Positions 48,383 through 57,070 of a DNA stretch of 64,000 bases are shown piece by piece. Numbering within the stretch: position 1 is the first letter of the stretch; each line of letters starts with the position of its first letter. This DNA is from Acidobacteriota bacterium (GTDB lineage Bacteria > Actinomycetota > Acidimicrobiia > Spongiisociales > ZC4RG35). The notes under the pieces were generated by a model, which was given only the letters and a program-made list of their open reading frames with translations, did not search any database and had not been told where the DNA came from. The stretch covers positions 112,883 through 176,882 of the forward strand of contig JACZUI010000001.1 in the NCBI GenBank assembly GCA_022573225.1, given 5' to 3'. The translations under genes and the position numbers were made by a program.

Positions 48383-49447
48383 ATGAGGAGCAGATTGACC
48401 AGCCTTCTCGACGACCCCGGCGAAGTTGCTCAGCTGTTGCTGAATTCGACTGGGGAGGGCATCTACGGGGTCGATCTCGACGGTAACTGCACCTTTGCCA
48501 ACCCCTCCTCTCTGCGCATTCTCGGGTTCGACAGCGACACAGAATTCCTCGGACGGAACATGCACGAACTTGTCCATCACACCCTCCCCAACGGTGACCC
48601 GTACCCGATGACCGAATGCCAGATCTATCGGGCTTTCCGAGAAGGAAGAGGCGTCCACGTAGACAACGAGGTCATGTGGAGAGCCGACGGGTCCAGTTTC
48701 CAAGCCGAGTACTGGTCCTATCCGATGGAACAAGATGGACAGCTAATCGGCTCCGTCCTCACTTTCGTCGACATCACCAAACGCCGCCGATTGGAAACGG
48801 AGCTTCGAAACGAAAATGCACGAGCGGAGCGGCTTCTTCTCAACGTGCTACCGGCTGAGATCGCCAGACAGCTGAAGGCCAAACCAGGCAAGACGATCGC
48901 CCAACACTTCGAGCAGATCACCGCACTCTTCGCCGATCTTGTTGGTTTCACTCCGCTGTCAGCACGTCTCGATCCCGCCGAAGCGGTAGCCATCCTCAAC
49001 GAGATCTTCACGGCATTCGATCGTATTGCCGCCAATCACGGAGTCGAAAAGATCAAGACCATGGGCGACGGATACATGGTCGTCGCCGGCGCTCCCATTC
49101 CTCGTGACGACCACTGCGATGCGATTGCCCTGACAGCACTCGAGATGCGAGAGTGGATGAATGACCGAGTCGCCGACGACGGCATAAAGCTGCGCGTCAG
49201 GATCGGTATCAACTCGGGGAGTGCTATCGGTGCAGTTATTGGCACAACCAAGTTCGCCTACGACCTTTGGGGCGACACCATCAATGTGGCATCGAGAATG
49301 GAGTCCTCGGGAGAGCCAGGGCGCATTCAGGTGGCCCAAGGCGCCTTCTCCAGACTACGCGACAAGTATGTGTTCGAACCTCGGGGCATGATCGAAATCA
49401 AGGGAAAAGGCGAAATGGAAACCTGGTTCCTCGAGGCGCCGATCTGA
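48383..49447 (+). CDS. PAS sensor domain - class III adenylate/guanylate cyclase
   Basis: The PAS part has GIYGVDLDGNCTFANPS. The cyclase part has ALFADLVGFT, KTMGDGYMVVAG and DLWGDTINVASRMES. Confidence 0.85.
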   Translation: MRSRLTSLLDDPGEVAQLLLNSTGEGIYGVDLDGNCTFANPSSLRILGFDSDTEFLGRNMHELVHHTLPNGDPYPMTECQIYRAFREGRGVHVDNEVMWRADGSSFQAEYWSYPMEQDGQLIGSVLTFVDITKRRRLETELRNENARAERLLLNVLPAEIARQLKAKPGKTIAQHFEQITALFADLVGFTPLSARLDPAEAVAILNEIFTAFDRIAANHGVEKIKTMGDGYMVVAGAPIPRDDHCDAIALTALEMREWMNDRVADDGIKLRVRIGINSGSAIGAVIGTTKFAYDLWGDTINVASRMESSGEPGRIQVAQGAFSRLRDKYVFEPRGMIEIKGKGEMETWFLEAPI

Positions 49448-49508
49448 GAGGACGGTTGAACGGACAGGCCACCCTTGCTCACCGCGACCGCTGCTCTGCC
49501 CGCTGGTC

Positions 49509-49541
49509 GCGTAACCACACTTCATCTGAGGTGTTGGTTCC
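49509..49541 (+). repeat. short attC-like hairpin (GCGTAACCACAC ... GTGTTGGTT)
   Basis: 8-bp stem with one extrahelical base. AAC and GTT triplets are at the ends. Confidence 0.25.
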
Positions 49542-49581
49542 ATTAGGGTTCCGACGCGATCCTCGACGAGGGAGGAGTGCC

Positions 49582-50358
49582 ATGGCAGATGTGATCCCGG
49601 TTGATGAAGATCAACTCCGTTTGGAAATCCAAAAGCACTACGCCGAGGTAGCGGATAGCCCTGACCATGAGTTCCACTTCCACACTGGTCGGGACGCCGC
49701 CCGACGGGTCGGTTACGACGAAGCCGTCATCAAGGACATACCTGATGACGTGATCGCTTCCTTTGCTGGGGTGGCCCACCCGTTCCATTTCGGTTTGCCA
49801 AAGCCAGGGGAGACGGTTCTCGATGTCGGCTCTGGAGCAGGTGTCGACGTCATCATCGCCGCCAAAGCAGTCGGCCCCGAAGGCCGGGTTATCGGTGTCG
49901 ACATGACACCCGAAATGCTCGACGCCGCTCGCCGTAACACCGAACGGATGGGGTTGGACAACGTCGAGTTCAGAAAAGGCCTAGTTGAACGTCTCCCCGT
50001 GGACGCCGAGTCGATCGACCTTGTCATCTCGAACGGTGTACTCAATCTCATGGTCGACAAGCACGGTGCCTACAGGCAGATCGCCCGTGCTCTCAAACCG
50101 GGTGGCCGTCTCCAGATCGCTGATATCTGCGTAGACAGGCCAGTTTCCGATAGTGCGAAACGGAACATCGATCTCTGGACTGGCTGAATTGCCGGTGCCC
50201 TGCCGTGTGCAGGGTGGGAAACGGTCATCACAGCCGTCGGATTCATCGATCTGGAATTCGGGCCGAGCGTCGACACCTACGGTGGAGCCTTAGGTGAGAA
50301 GAACGCCAGACTGTTCGGGACCTGGGGCTACCCGTTCCGAGCCCACAAACCTCTCTAA
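49582..50358 (+). CDS. SAM-dependent methyltransferase (ArsM/UbiE-like), candidate selenoprotein with in-frame TGA at 50185-50187
   Basis: SAM motif VLDVGSGAGVDV. The text reads ...RNIDLWTG-TGA-IAGALPCAGWETVITAVGFIDLEF...FGTWGYPFRAHKPL*. The TGA aligns with the Cys of the family motif LWxGC(I/V)xGA. A further 56 sense codons of family-like sequence follow before the TAA at 50356. Confidence 0.6.
50198..50214 (+). promoter_or_regulatory. candidate bacterial SECIS hairpin
   Basis: UGA AUUGCCGGUG CCCUGC-CGUGU-GCAGGG. A 6-bp stem with a GU-containing loop starts 10 nt after the UGA. Confidence 0.4.
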
Positions 50359-50434
50359 CAGCCGCCCACAATCGGCATTATCTTTGCGTTCGCTTGGCGC
50401 TGACAGCCGCCCATAAGTGCCGTTATGTGCGGCC
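50359..50434 (+). repeat. attC-like repeat A
   Basis: CCACAAT-CGGC-ATTATCT ... CCATAAG-TGCC-GTTATGTGCGGCC. The methyltransferase TAA lies in a TCTAAC box just upstream. Confidence 0.55.
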
Positions 50435-50459
50435 CTAGAATTCGACTCTTGGAGATAAT

Positions 50460-50744
50460 GTGGGAATCCTGATAGTCGTACTGGTGGTGGCGGGCCTTGC
50501 CCTGGGTTGGTGGGTGATGAGCGGCTCTTCGTCTGGAAGGCACCTGACCGATGAGCAGAGGCGGTGGGCAGCCCCAGAGCCCGAGCAGAACAAGAGCCGG
50601 GCAAAGCGTCCTATTCCGGCCTGGGCACTGGGTCTAATCATCGCCGCCGTGCTGTTCGGTATCGGGATCATCATTCTCCAGGCTCTCGGATTTGGTGACA
50701 ACCCGGTCCTCGGTGACGCGGTTTCCACCCTTCGCCCTCTGTGA
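50460..50744 (+). CDS. small two-helix membrane protein (cassette ORF)
   Basis: GTG preceded by GGAG. 94 aa with hydrophobic N- and C-terminal segments. Confidence 0.45.
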   Translation: MGILIVVLVVAGLALGWWVMSGSSSGRHLTDEQRRWAAPEPEQNKSRAKRPIPAWALGLIIAAVLFGIGIIILQALGFGDNPVLGDAVSTLRPL

Positions 50745-50860
50745 CCGGCAATCGGTCCATCGGGCGCGGGATTTCGTGTCTGGCTGGAGCCAGCGTGCTT
50801 CGCCTTTCATGGCGCAGCGAACCCGAACAGACACAAAAGCGTGTTTCGTTCATCTGAGCT

Positions 50861-50931
50861 GCGCATAACCGACATTATGTCCGGATCGTGGCGGTCGTCG
50901 CAGCCGCCCATAAGTGCCGTTATGTGCGGCC
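50861..50931 (+). repeat. attC-like repeat B (best copy)
   Basis: GCGCATAAC-CGAC-ATTATGT-...-GGCGG..CCGCC-CATAAG-TGCC-GTTATGTGC. The outer boxes pair 8/9. The 31-nt 3' core is identical to copy A. Confidence 0.6.
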
Positions 50932-50989
50932 TAGATTGTGACAAGGGGCAACGGATGGGAGGGTTTGAAGCGGAAGGTTGGAGCGCCGA

Positions 50990-51466
50990 ATGTCAGACGA
51001 ACGGAAAGAACGAGCGCGGATTCCTCCGAGGTGGTTCGTTCGCCTCTTCTGGTCTACGCACCGCGGCTTGTACCGCCTTACGGGTGGCCGATTCGGATTG
51101 AGGCGGGCGAAGCCCAACCGCTGGGGAATGATGCATCTCACGACCACCGGGCGTCGCACCGGCCAGGAGCGGAGTGTGATCCTCGGGTACATCGAGGATG
51201 GTCCGAACCTGGTCACCATGGCGATGAACGGCTGGGCCGATAGCGAGCCTGCGTGGTGGCTCAATCTGCAAGCGCAGCCCGAAGCCAGCGTCGATCTCGC
51301 CGACGGCCGACGCACGGTCAGAGGGCGGGCTGCAGAGGGAGAGGAACGCTCGCGACTGTGGGCCGGGTGGCGCGAAGTGAATACGGACCTGGATGGCTAC
51401 GCGGCGCTTCGGTCGGCTGAGACCGCCGTTGTGATCCTGGAGCCATCGACCGGCCCCGACCGATGA
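50990..51466 (+). CDS. DUF385 / deazaflavin (F420)-dependent nitroreductase-family protein (cassette ORF)
   Basis: LTTTGRRTGQERSVILGY...MNGWADSEPAWWLNLQAQP. Confidence 0.75.
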   Translation: MSDERKERARIPPRWFVRLFWSTHRGLYRLTGGRFGLRRAKPNRWGMMHLTTTGRRTGQERSVILGYIEDGPNLVTMAMNGWADSEPAWWLNLQAQPEASVDLADGRRTVRGRAAEGEERSRLWAGWREVNTDLDGYAALRSAETAVVILEPSTGPDR

Positions 51467-51480
51467 TGCATTTGCATCCA

Positions 51481-51575
51481 GCGCATATCGCACGCCCGGG
51501 GATTCTCGATTGAACGACGACCCCCACCCACAACCGGCAATATGCAGCCACGCATAAGTGCCGCTATTTGCGGTC
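51481..51575 (+). repeat. attC-like repeat C
   Basis: GCGCATATC ... CAGCCACGCATAAGTGCCGCTATTTGCGGTC. Confidence 0.5.
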
Positions 51576-51706
51576 GCTGAGAGCGGCTCAGGTCTGCACC
51601 GAATGACTGGCGTGGTGTAGATTCGGACTTAGGCCGACCGAACAGAGTCCACAGCGGCAAGCAGCGGACTCACGTATGTCGGTTCGCCATCGAAGAGGAG
51701 TGCAGC

Positions 51707-52162
51707 ATGGCGGCAATCGTCCACAGCGTTGAGATCGACAGAGGGCCTGCCGAAGTTTTCGCCTACGTTACCGATCCGTCCAAATTCACCGAGTGGCAGG
51801 CCGCTGTTGTAAGCGCACGTGCCGAAGGCGACGGGCCGTTGCAGCAAGGTTCCAGACTCGTCATGACACGCCGGATGGGGAAACGAGAGCAAACGATGAC
51901 GGCCGAGTTCACGGAATATGACTCCCCGCGAAGCTACGCGTTCCGGGTGCTCGACGGCCCGGTTCGGGCGTTGGGGAAGGGAAGCTTCGAGCCGCTCGGC
52001 GGCGGCGACCGCACACGCTTCACCTTCGAACTCGACTTCGAGGGCCACGGAATCGGCAAGCTGCTAGTGCCGTTGGTCGTACGAAGGCAGGCGGAGAAGG
52101 AGCTGGCTCAGAGCCACGAAGATCTGAAGATAAAGCTCGAGCAAAACCCTCAAGCGGATTAA
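51707..52162 (+). CDS. SRPBCC (polyketide cyclase/dehydrase-like) family protein (cassette ORF)
   Basis: MAAIVHSVEIDRGPAEVFAYVTDPSKFTEWQ. RBS GAGGAG. Confidence 0.75.
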   Translation: MAAIVHSVEIDRGPAEVFAYVTDPSKFTEWQAAVVSARAEGDGPLQQGSRLVMTRRMGKREQTMTAEFTEYDSPRSYAFRVLDGPVRALGKGSFEPLGGGDRTRFTFELDFEGHGIGKLLVPLVVRRQAEKELAQSHEDLKIKLEQNPQAD

Positions 52163-52236
52163 CGCACACTTGGAGAACAGCGCACGACTGAAGCCACTGC
52201 CCAGAGACCGCCTTTAAGTGCCGTTTTGTGCGGGCC
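52157..52236 (+). repeat. attC-like repeat D
   Basis: GATTAAC (contains the SRPBCC stop TAA)-GCAC-ACTTGG ... CCTTTAAG-TGCC-GTTTTGTGCGGGCC. Confidence 0.5.
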
Positions 52237-52289
52237 GGAAACCGGTGTTGGTGCCTTGGGGCACGGGTCGGTTTGGGTTGCTCTGACCG

Positions 52290-52823
52290 CTAGGAGACGG
52301 CGATAGGCCCTTCGACATGGGTGACTGCCCATACATCATCGACCACAACGAGTCGGTAGGTCAACCAGGTACCGCAGACACCTCCGCACCACATCGAAAC
52401 GGGAACAAGCCCGGTGTCAGCTCCGATGACGGGTTCACCGACACCGAGTATCGCAGCTCCCTCGATGGTGGGAGCCAAGTCAGGGGTTACCCAGTCCGAC
52501 GGGTCGTCGATCCAACGCACCACTCCGTATTCCGCGACGGCTTGTTCGATAGCCTCTCGCTCTGCGTCGGTCAGCTGTCGAGCAGATTCGCTGGCTGATG
52601 CAGTGGCGTTGCCGGCCGATGTGTCAATCCGGTTCTGGATCAGATACTCGGTGAACGGGGGCGGCCCTTCGGCAAAGCCGTGATCCTCGGTGATGAGTTT
52701 CACTAGGGCCGCAGCCATCATCTCAGGGGTCTGGTTCGCGCCGAAGTCGCCGCCAGTGCTCTCTTCGGTACCGCACGCAGCGACCAACACCGAAAACGCC
52801 AGGAATACAACTCCTATCCTCAT
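52290..52823 (-). CDS. hypothetical lipoprotein (cassette ORF, inverted orientation)
   Basis: MRIGVVFLAFSVLVAACGTE lipobox. No family recognised. Confidence 0.55.
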   Translation of the reverse strand: MRIGVVFLAFSVLVAACGTEESTGGDFGANQTPEMMAAALVKLITEDHGFAEGPPPFTEYLIQNRIDTSAGNATASASESARQLTDAEREAIEQAVAEYGVVRWIDDPSDWVTPDLAPTIEGAAILGVGEPVIGADTGLVPVSMWCGGVCGTWLTYRLVVVDDVWAVTHVEGPIAVS

Positions 52824-52860
52824 GCCCTTCAGACGATCAGTGTTCCCAACCGGTTCCCAC

Positions 52861-52943
52861 ACCTAATCGTGGCCGGGGCCAGACCAACGGCCTCGGCGTC
52901 AGCAGTCTCAAAACAGACCGCCATAGGTGCCGTTATGTGCGCC
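52861..52943 (+). repeat. attC-like repeat E
   Basis: ACCTAATC ... CAGACCGCCATAGG-TGCC-GTTATGTGCGCC. Confidence 0.5.
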
Positions 52944-52955
52944 TAATCCTCATCG

Positions 52956-53318
52956 TTAGACGTCCCCGTCCTTGAGACTCCGCAGGTAGTCGTATGAGAA
53001 GATCCCTGTTCGGTGTCCGTCGGGCCGGAACGTCAAGTTGATCCCATAACCGACCAACTCTGCGTCGCCAATTTCCACTTCGATCGGTCCCCTGAGAAGG
53101 ACTGCAAGGCGCCGCGCACCGTCCGGTTCACCACACGCTGCGCAGGGGCACGCTGCTCGCAGTTCTCGGGCGCTGAATCGTTGCTCAGTGCCGTTGTGCC
53201 ACACAAGAAGCATCTGAGTCCCGCCCTCTATCTCGATGCGCGTCGGCGGGTCCACGGTGCCGGAGGGTAACCGCTCGGCGAGAACGGAAACCAGAGGGAC
53301 AGGTCCAACAACCCGCAT
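52956..53318 (-). CDS. DUF971 family protein (cassette ORF, inverted orientation)
   Basis: LLVWHNGTEQRFSARELRAACPCAAC...GYGINLTFRPDGHRTGIFSYDYLRSL. Confidence 0.7.
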   Translation of the reverse strand: MRVVGPVPLVSVLAERLPSGTVDPPTRIEIEGGTQMLLVWHNGTEQRFSARELRAACPCAACGEPDGARRLAVLLRGPIEVEIGDAELVGYGINLTFRPDGHRTGIFSYDYLRSLKDGDV

Positions 53319-53367
53319 TATGTACGGTCAGATCAGCCGCCCATAAGTATCTGCGGATGGCGTTGCT
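53305..53367 (+). repeat. attC-like repeat F (degenerate, terminal)
   Basis: CAACAAC-CCGC-ATTATGT ... CAGCCGCCCATAAGTATCTGCGG. The GCCGTTATG segment of the core is missing. The next GTT is at 53361. Confidence 0.4.
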
Positions 53368-53398
53368 AGGTTCGGGTCGTCAGCGAGACGGATGAAAT

Positions 53399-53569
53399 GT
53401 GATTGAGAGGCTTAGGGTGATCGGATTGGCGACGGTATCCACCCTGGTGTTCTTCTTCGTTGCCAACGTGTTCGGGACAGAACTCCGGGTGCAGAGGGGA
53501 CCTGACGGTCCGATCGAGGAGATGTTCTGGGTCAATGTTGTCCTACTCACCAGTCCCGACCAGATTTGA
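53399..53569 (+). CDS. possible small membrane protein (56 aa)
   Basis: VIERLRVIGLATVSTLVFFFVANVFG... This ORF is below the track threshold and has no clear RBS. Confidence 0.2.
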   Translation: MIERLRVIGLATVSTLVFFFVANVFGTELRVQRGPDGPIEEMFWVNVVLLTSPDQI

Positions 53570-53628
53570 ACTGTCGTTACCAGCTTGAAAAGGTCGGTGA
53601 CAGGGGAGGGCAAGGTACCCTCGCCGCG

Positions 53629-55575
53629 ATGCGGGATCTCAATCAAGAACAGCTAGCAGTCAACACGATCAAGGCGTTGGCAATGGACGCCGTTCAGAAG
53701 GCCAACAGTGGACACGCGGGCATGCCGATGGGAATGGCCGACATTGCGGTCACGCTGTGGTCGAAGCACCTCAACGTCGACCCCGACGCGCCGGAATGGC
53801 CCGATCGTGACCGGTTCGTCCTCTCCAACGGCCACGGGTCGATGCTCCTCTATTCGATGCTCCACCTCTCGGGGTTCCCACTGACGCTCGAAGACCTCCG
53901 CGACTTCAGACAGTGGGGGAGCCACACGGCCGGTCATCCCGAGCGTGACAACAGCCTTGGAATCGAGATGACCACCGGCCCGCTCGGCCAGGGTTTCGCA
54001 GCGGGAGTGGGCATGGCCATCGCCGAGACCCACCTTCGGGCCCGTCTCGGAGACGACCTGGTGAGCCATCGCACTTTTGGGTTCGTATCCGATGGCGATC
54101 TGATGGAGGGCATCAGCTCCGAAGCTGCCTCGCTGGCCGGCCATTTCGGCTTGGGCCGGCTCACCTACTTCTACGACGACAACCAGATCTCCATCGACGG
54201 GTCGACGGACATCACCTTTACCGAGAACGTTGCCGACAGATTCGCCGCATACCAATGGCATACCGTGACGATCGACGGTCATGACCGCAGAGCCATCAAC
54301 GAGGCGATCAGCGAGTGTCTTGCCGAACCAGACCGTCCGTCACTGGTCATATGCAAGACGCACATCGCTGATGGGGCGCCGAACCTCCACGACACCTCGG
54401 CCGCACACGGTCAACCCCTGGGCCATGACGAGATCAAACTGACCAAGGAAGCGATGGACTACCCCATCGACCCGGACTTCTTCGTCGACGACTCGGTCTA
54501 CGAGTTCTTCGGAACGGCAATGAACCGGGGTCGAGAAGCGCACGCCGCTTGGAGGACAAGGTTCGAATCCGCCGGAGGGACGCAGAGGGAGCTCTGGACC
54601 GCCCTGTACGGAGAGAGCCGGGTTTCTCTCGATGGCCCCGGGTTCGAAGTCGGGGACAAGGCCGCCACTCGAGACTCGGGAGGCCAGCTATTCGCTGAGA
54701 TCGCTTTGAAGGTGCCCGGATTCATCGGAGGCTCGGCCGACCTGGCGGGCTCGACCAAGACCGTGATCGAAAAGGGGCGTCTTTTCTCAAAGAGTGACCC
54801 CTCGGCACGCGACATCCCATTCGGAGTGCGAGAGCACTCGATGGGCGCCCTCGTCAACGGAATGTCCCTCCACGGCGGACTCCGCCCATATGGGGCGACC
54901 TTCTTCGTGTTCAGCGACTACATGCGGCCCGCTGTCCGGCTTTCCGCTCTCATGGAGACACCATCTATCTGGGTGTGGACCCACGAGTCGATTTTCCTCG
55001 GGGAGGATGGCCCCACCCACCAGCCGATCGAGCACCTCGCGTCGCTGCGGGCGATGCCCAACCTGTGGGTGATTCGGCCGGCCGACGCCAACGAGACCCT
55101 GGAGGCGTGGGAGTTGGCCCTCAATCGTCACGACGGGCCTGTGGCCCTCCTTTTCACCCGGCAGGGATTGCCGAACCTGGAGAGAGTGCCCGGGGCCGTA
55201 GCTCGGGGCGGATACATCAGACGCGACGGCAAGGACGTAACCCTGATCGCCACCGGGTCAGAGGTGAGTGCGGCCTTGGCCGCGGCCGATCTGCTCGACG
55301 CCGATGGGATCGGGGCCCAAGTGGTCAGCCTTCCATGCTGGGAGCTGTTCTTCGCCCAGGATGAGGAGTATCAGCAGAAGGTCCTCGGGACCGCACCGCG
55401 GGTGAGCGTTGAGGCCGGTTCCACGTTCGGGTGGGAGCGGATCATCGGGGATGACGGACTCGCCATCGGGCTCGACCGCTTCGGCGCCTCAGCCCCCGAC
55501 ACGGTGCTCGCCGAGCAGTTCGGTTTCACCCCCGAGTCGATCGCCACCCAAACCCAGCAGCATCTGAACCGCTGA
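53629..55575 (+). CDS. tkt: transketolase
   Basis: [34 protein letters not shown] and [19 protein letters not shown]. Confidence 0.95.
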   Translation: MRDLNQEQLAVNTIKALAMDAVQKANSGHAGMPMGMADIAVTLWSKHLNVDPDAPEWPDRDRFVLSNGHGSMLLYSMLHLSGFPLTLEDLRDFRQWGSHTAGHPERDNSLGIEMTTGPLGQGFAAGVGMAIAETHLRARLGDDLVSHRTFGFVSDGDLMEGISSEAASLAGHFGLGRLTYFYDDNQISIDGSTDITFTENVADRFAAYQWHTVTIDGHDRRAINEAISECLAEPDRPSLVICKTHIADGAPNLHDTSAAHGQPLGHDEIKLTKEAMDYPIDPDFFVDDSVYEFFGTAMNRGREAHAAWRTRFESAGGTQRELWTALYGESRVSLDGPGFEVGDKAATRDSGGQLFAEIALKVPGFIGGSADLAGSTKTVIEKGRLFSKSDPSARDIPFGVREHSMGALVNGMSLHGGLRPYGATFFVFSDYMRPAVRLSALMETPSIWVWTHESIFLGEDGPTHQPIEHLASLRAMPNLWVIRPADANETLEAWELALNRHDGPVALLFTRQGLPNLERVPGAVARGGYIRRDGKDVTLIATGSEVSAALAAADLLDADGIGAQVVSLPCWELFFAQDEEYQQKVLGTAPRVSVEAGSTFGWERIIGDDGLAIGLDRFGASAPDTVLAEQFGFTPESIATQTQQHLNR

Positions 55576-55576
55576 T

Positions 55577-56950
55577 ATGACCGCATCGGCGGACGTTGTC
55601 ATCGTCGGGGCAGGGATCGCCGGAGTCTCCGCAGCGCACGAGCTTGCCGTCCGTCGAGGCTTCGAAAAGGTGGTCATCGTCGATCCGCGTCCGCCGCTCA
55701 GCCTCACCTCGGATAAATCAACTGAGTGTTACCGCAACTACTGGCCAAACCTCCCGATGGTCGCTCTGATGAACCGGTCGATCGACCTCCTCGACGAGAT
55801 GTCCTTAGCCTCAGGAAACGCATTTGGCCTGAATCGAAGGGGCTATCTCTTCGTGACCGCCAAGCAAGAACGACTCATGGAGCTCGTCGAGAGCTCCCAC
55901 GTCAGTTCGAGCTTTGGATCGGGCCCGGTGCGGATTCACCACGACCCGGACTCCTATCGCGCCGCCGACGACGGCTTCGACGTCCTGGCCAACAGTGAGA
56001 CTCTTCGTCAACACTTTCCGTATCTCACCGGTGAAGCCGTCGGAGCGCTTCACGTTCGCCGGGCGGGCTGGTTCAGCGCCCAGCAGCTCGGGTCATGGAT
56101 GTTGGAGCAGGCGAAAGATCGAGATGCAGAGGTCGTCGTTGATGAGGTGATCGACATTGACATCGCCGGTGGCCAAGTACGGTCGGTGAAGCTGGCGTCG
56201 GGAAGGGTCATCACAACCTCCGTCGTGATCGACGCTGCGGGACCACTCTCCCCGAACGTGGCCCGGTTGGCGGAAGTGGACCTGCCAGTTTTCTCGGAGC
56301 TTCACCTCAAGGTGGCGTTCCGCGACCATCTCGAAGTAGTCCCGCGGAACGCTCCGATGATCATCTGGAGTGACCCTCAGACCATCGCTTGGAGCGACGA
56401 AGAGAAGACGGAGCTTCTCAATCAGGATCGACACCAGTTGGTCGCGGAAATGCCCATCTTCTGCCACGGGCGACCCGAGGGCGGGGCCGAGTCTCCTTAC
56501 CTCCTGGCGTTATGGGAGTACCACAAGGCTGTCACCGAACCGCTGTGGCCCTTGCCGACCGACCCCCTCTACCCGGAGGTGGTGATGCGTGGCATGGCCA
56601 CGATGGTCCCCGAACTCGGGCAGTATCTCGACCGCCTCCCCCACTCGGTCGTGGACGGTGGCTACTACTCCAAGACCCGCGAGAACCGGCCGCTGATAGG
56701 GCCGGCCGGGCCAAAAGGGTTCCACCTCATGTCAGCCATGTCGGGGTTCGGGGTCATGGTCGCCGCCGGGGCGGCCGACTTGGTGGCGAGCCACATCACC
56801 GGCGGGCCGGTGGCGGAATACGCAAAGTCGTTCCTGTTGAGCAGATACGACGATCCAGACTATGTGGCCCAAATCGCTGCTCTCGAAGACGCTGCTCTCG
56901 AAGACGCCGGTCTCGAAGACGCCGGTCTCGAAGACGCCGGCCAGCTCTAG
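55577..56950 (+). CDS. FAD-dependent oxidoreductase (DAO family)
   Basis: [18 protein letters not shown] dinucleotide fold. Starts 1 nt after the tkt stop. Confidence 0.8.
   Translation: MTASADVVIVGAGIAGVSAAHELAVRRGFEKVVIVDPRPPLSLTSDKSTECYRNYWPNLPMVALMNRSIDLLDEMSLASGNAFGLNRRGYLFVTAKQERLMELVESSHVSSSFGSGPVRIHHDPDSYRAADDGFDVLANSETLRQHFPYLTGEAVGALHVRRAGWFSAQQLGSWMLEQAKDRDAEVVVDEVIDIDIAGGQVRSVKLASGRVITTSVVIDAAGPLSPNVARLAEVDLPVFSELHLKVAFRDHLEVVPRNAPMIIWSDPQTIAWSDEEKTELLNQDRHQLVAEMPIFCHGRPEGGAESPYLLALWEYHKAVTEPLWPLPTDPLYPEVVMRGMATMVPELGQYLDRLPHSVVDGGYYSKTRENRPLIGPAGPKGFHLMSAMSGFGVMVAAGAADLVASHITGGPVAEYAKSFLLSRYDDPDYVAQIAALEDAALEDAGLEDAGLEDAGQL
56876..56950 (+). repeat. 15-bp in-frame tandem repeat (4 full copies plus a partial one) at the 3' end of the oxidoreductase gene
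   Basis: GCTGCTCTCGAAGAC x2, then GCCGGTCTCGAAGAC x2, then GCCGGCCAGCTCTAG. This encodes [24 protein letters not shown]. Confidence 0.9.
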
Positions 56951-57070
56951 GAGAGGGTCGGAATCCTCGATGGACAGGAGCGCCATTCGCCACCACGCCC
57001 TCACAATCCTGTCACGGCCCGGGCATATCATCTTGGTACGGCTGAATCGGGACATTCCGAAGGAAAACAG

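Larger units (their letters stand above)
47509..53367 (+). mobile_element. integron-like gene cassette array without an integrase in the window (CALIN-like)
   Basis: The region is a series of single-ORF units separated by attC-like imperfect palindromes. See the repeat features and findings. Confidence 0.55.

Noticed and set aside
50359-53367. The repeat family read as a CRISPR array.
   Set aside because: The repeats are 430-710 bp apart, imperfectly conserved and internally palindromic over 60-95 bp. Each interval contains a full protein-coding gene. There are no cas genes.
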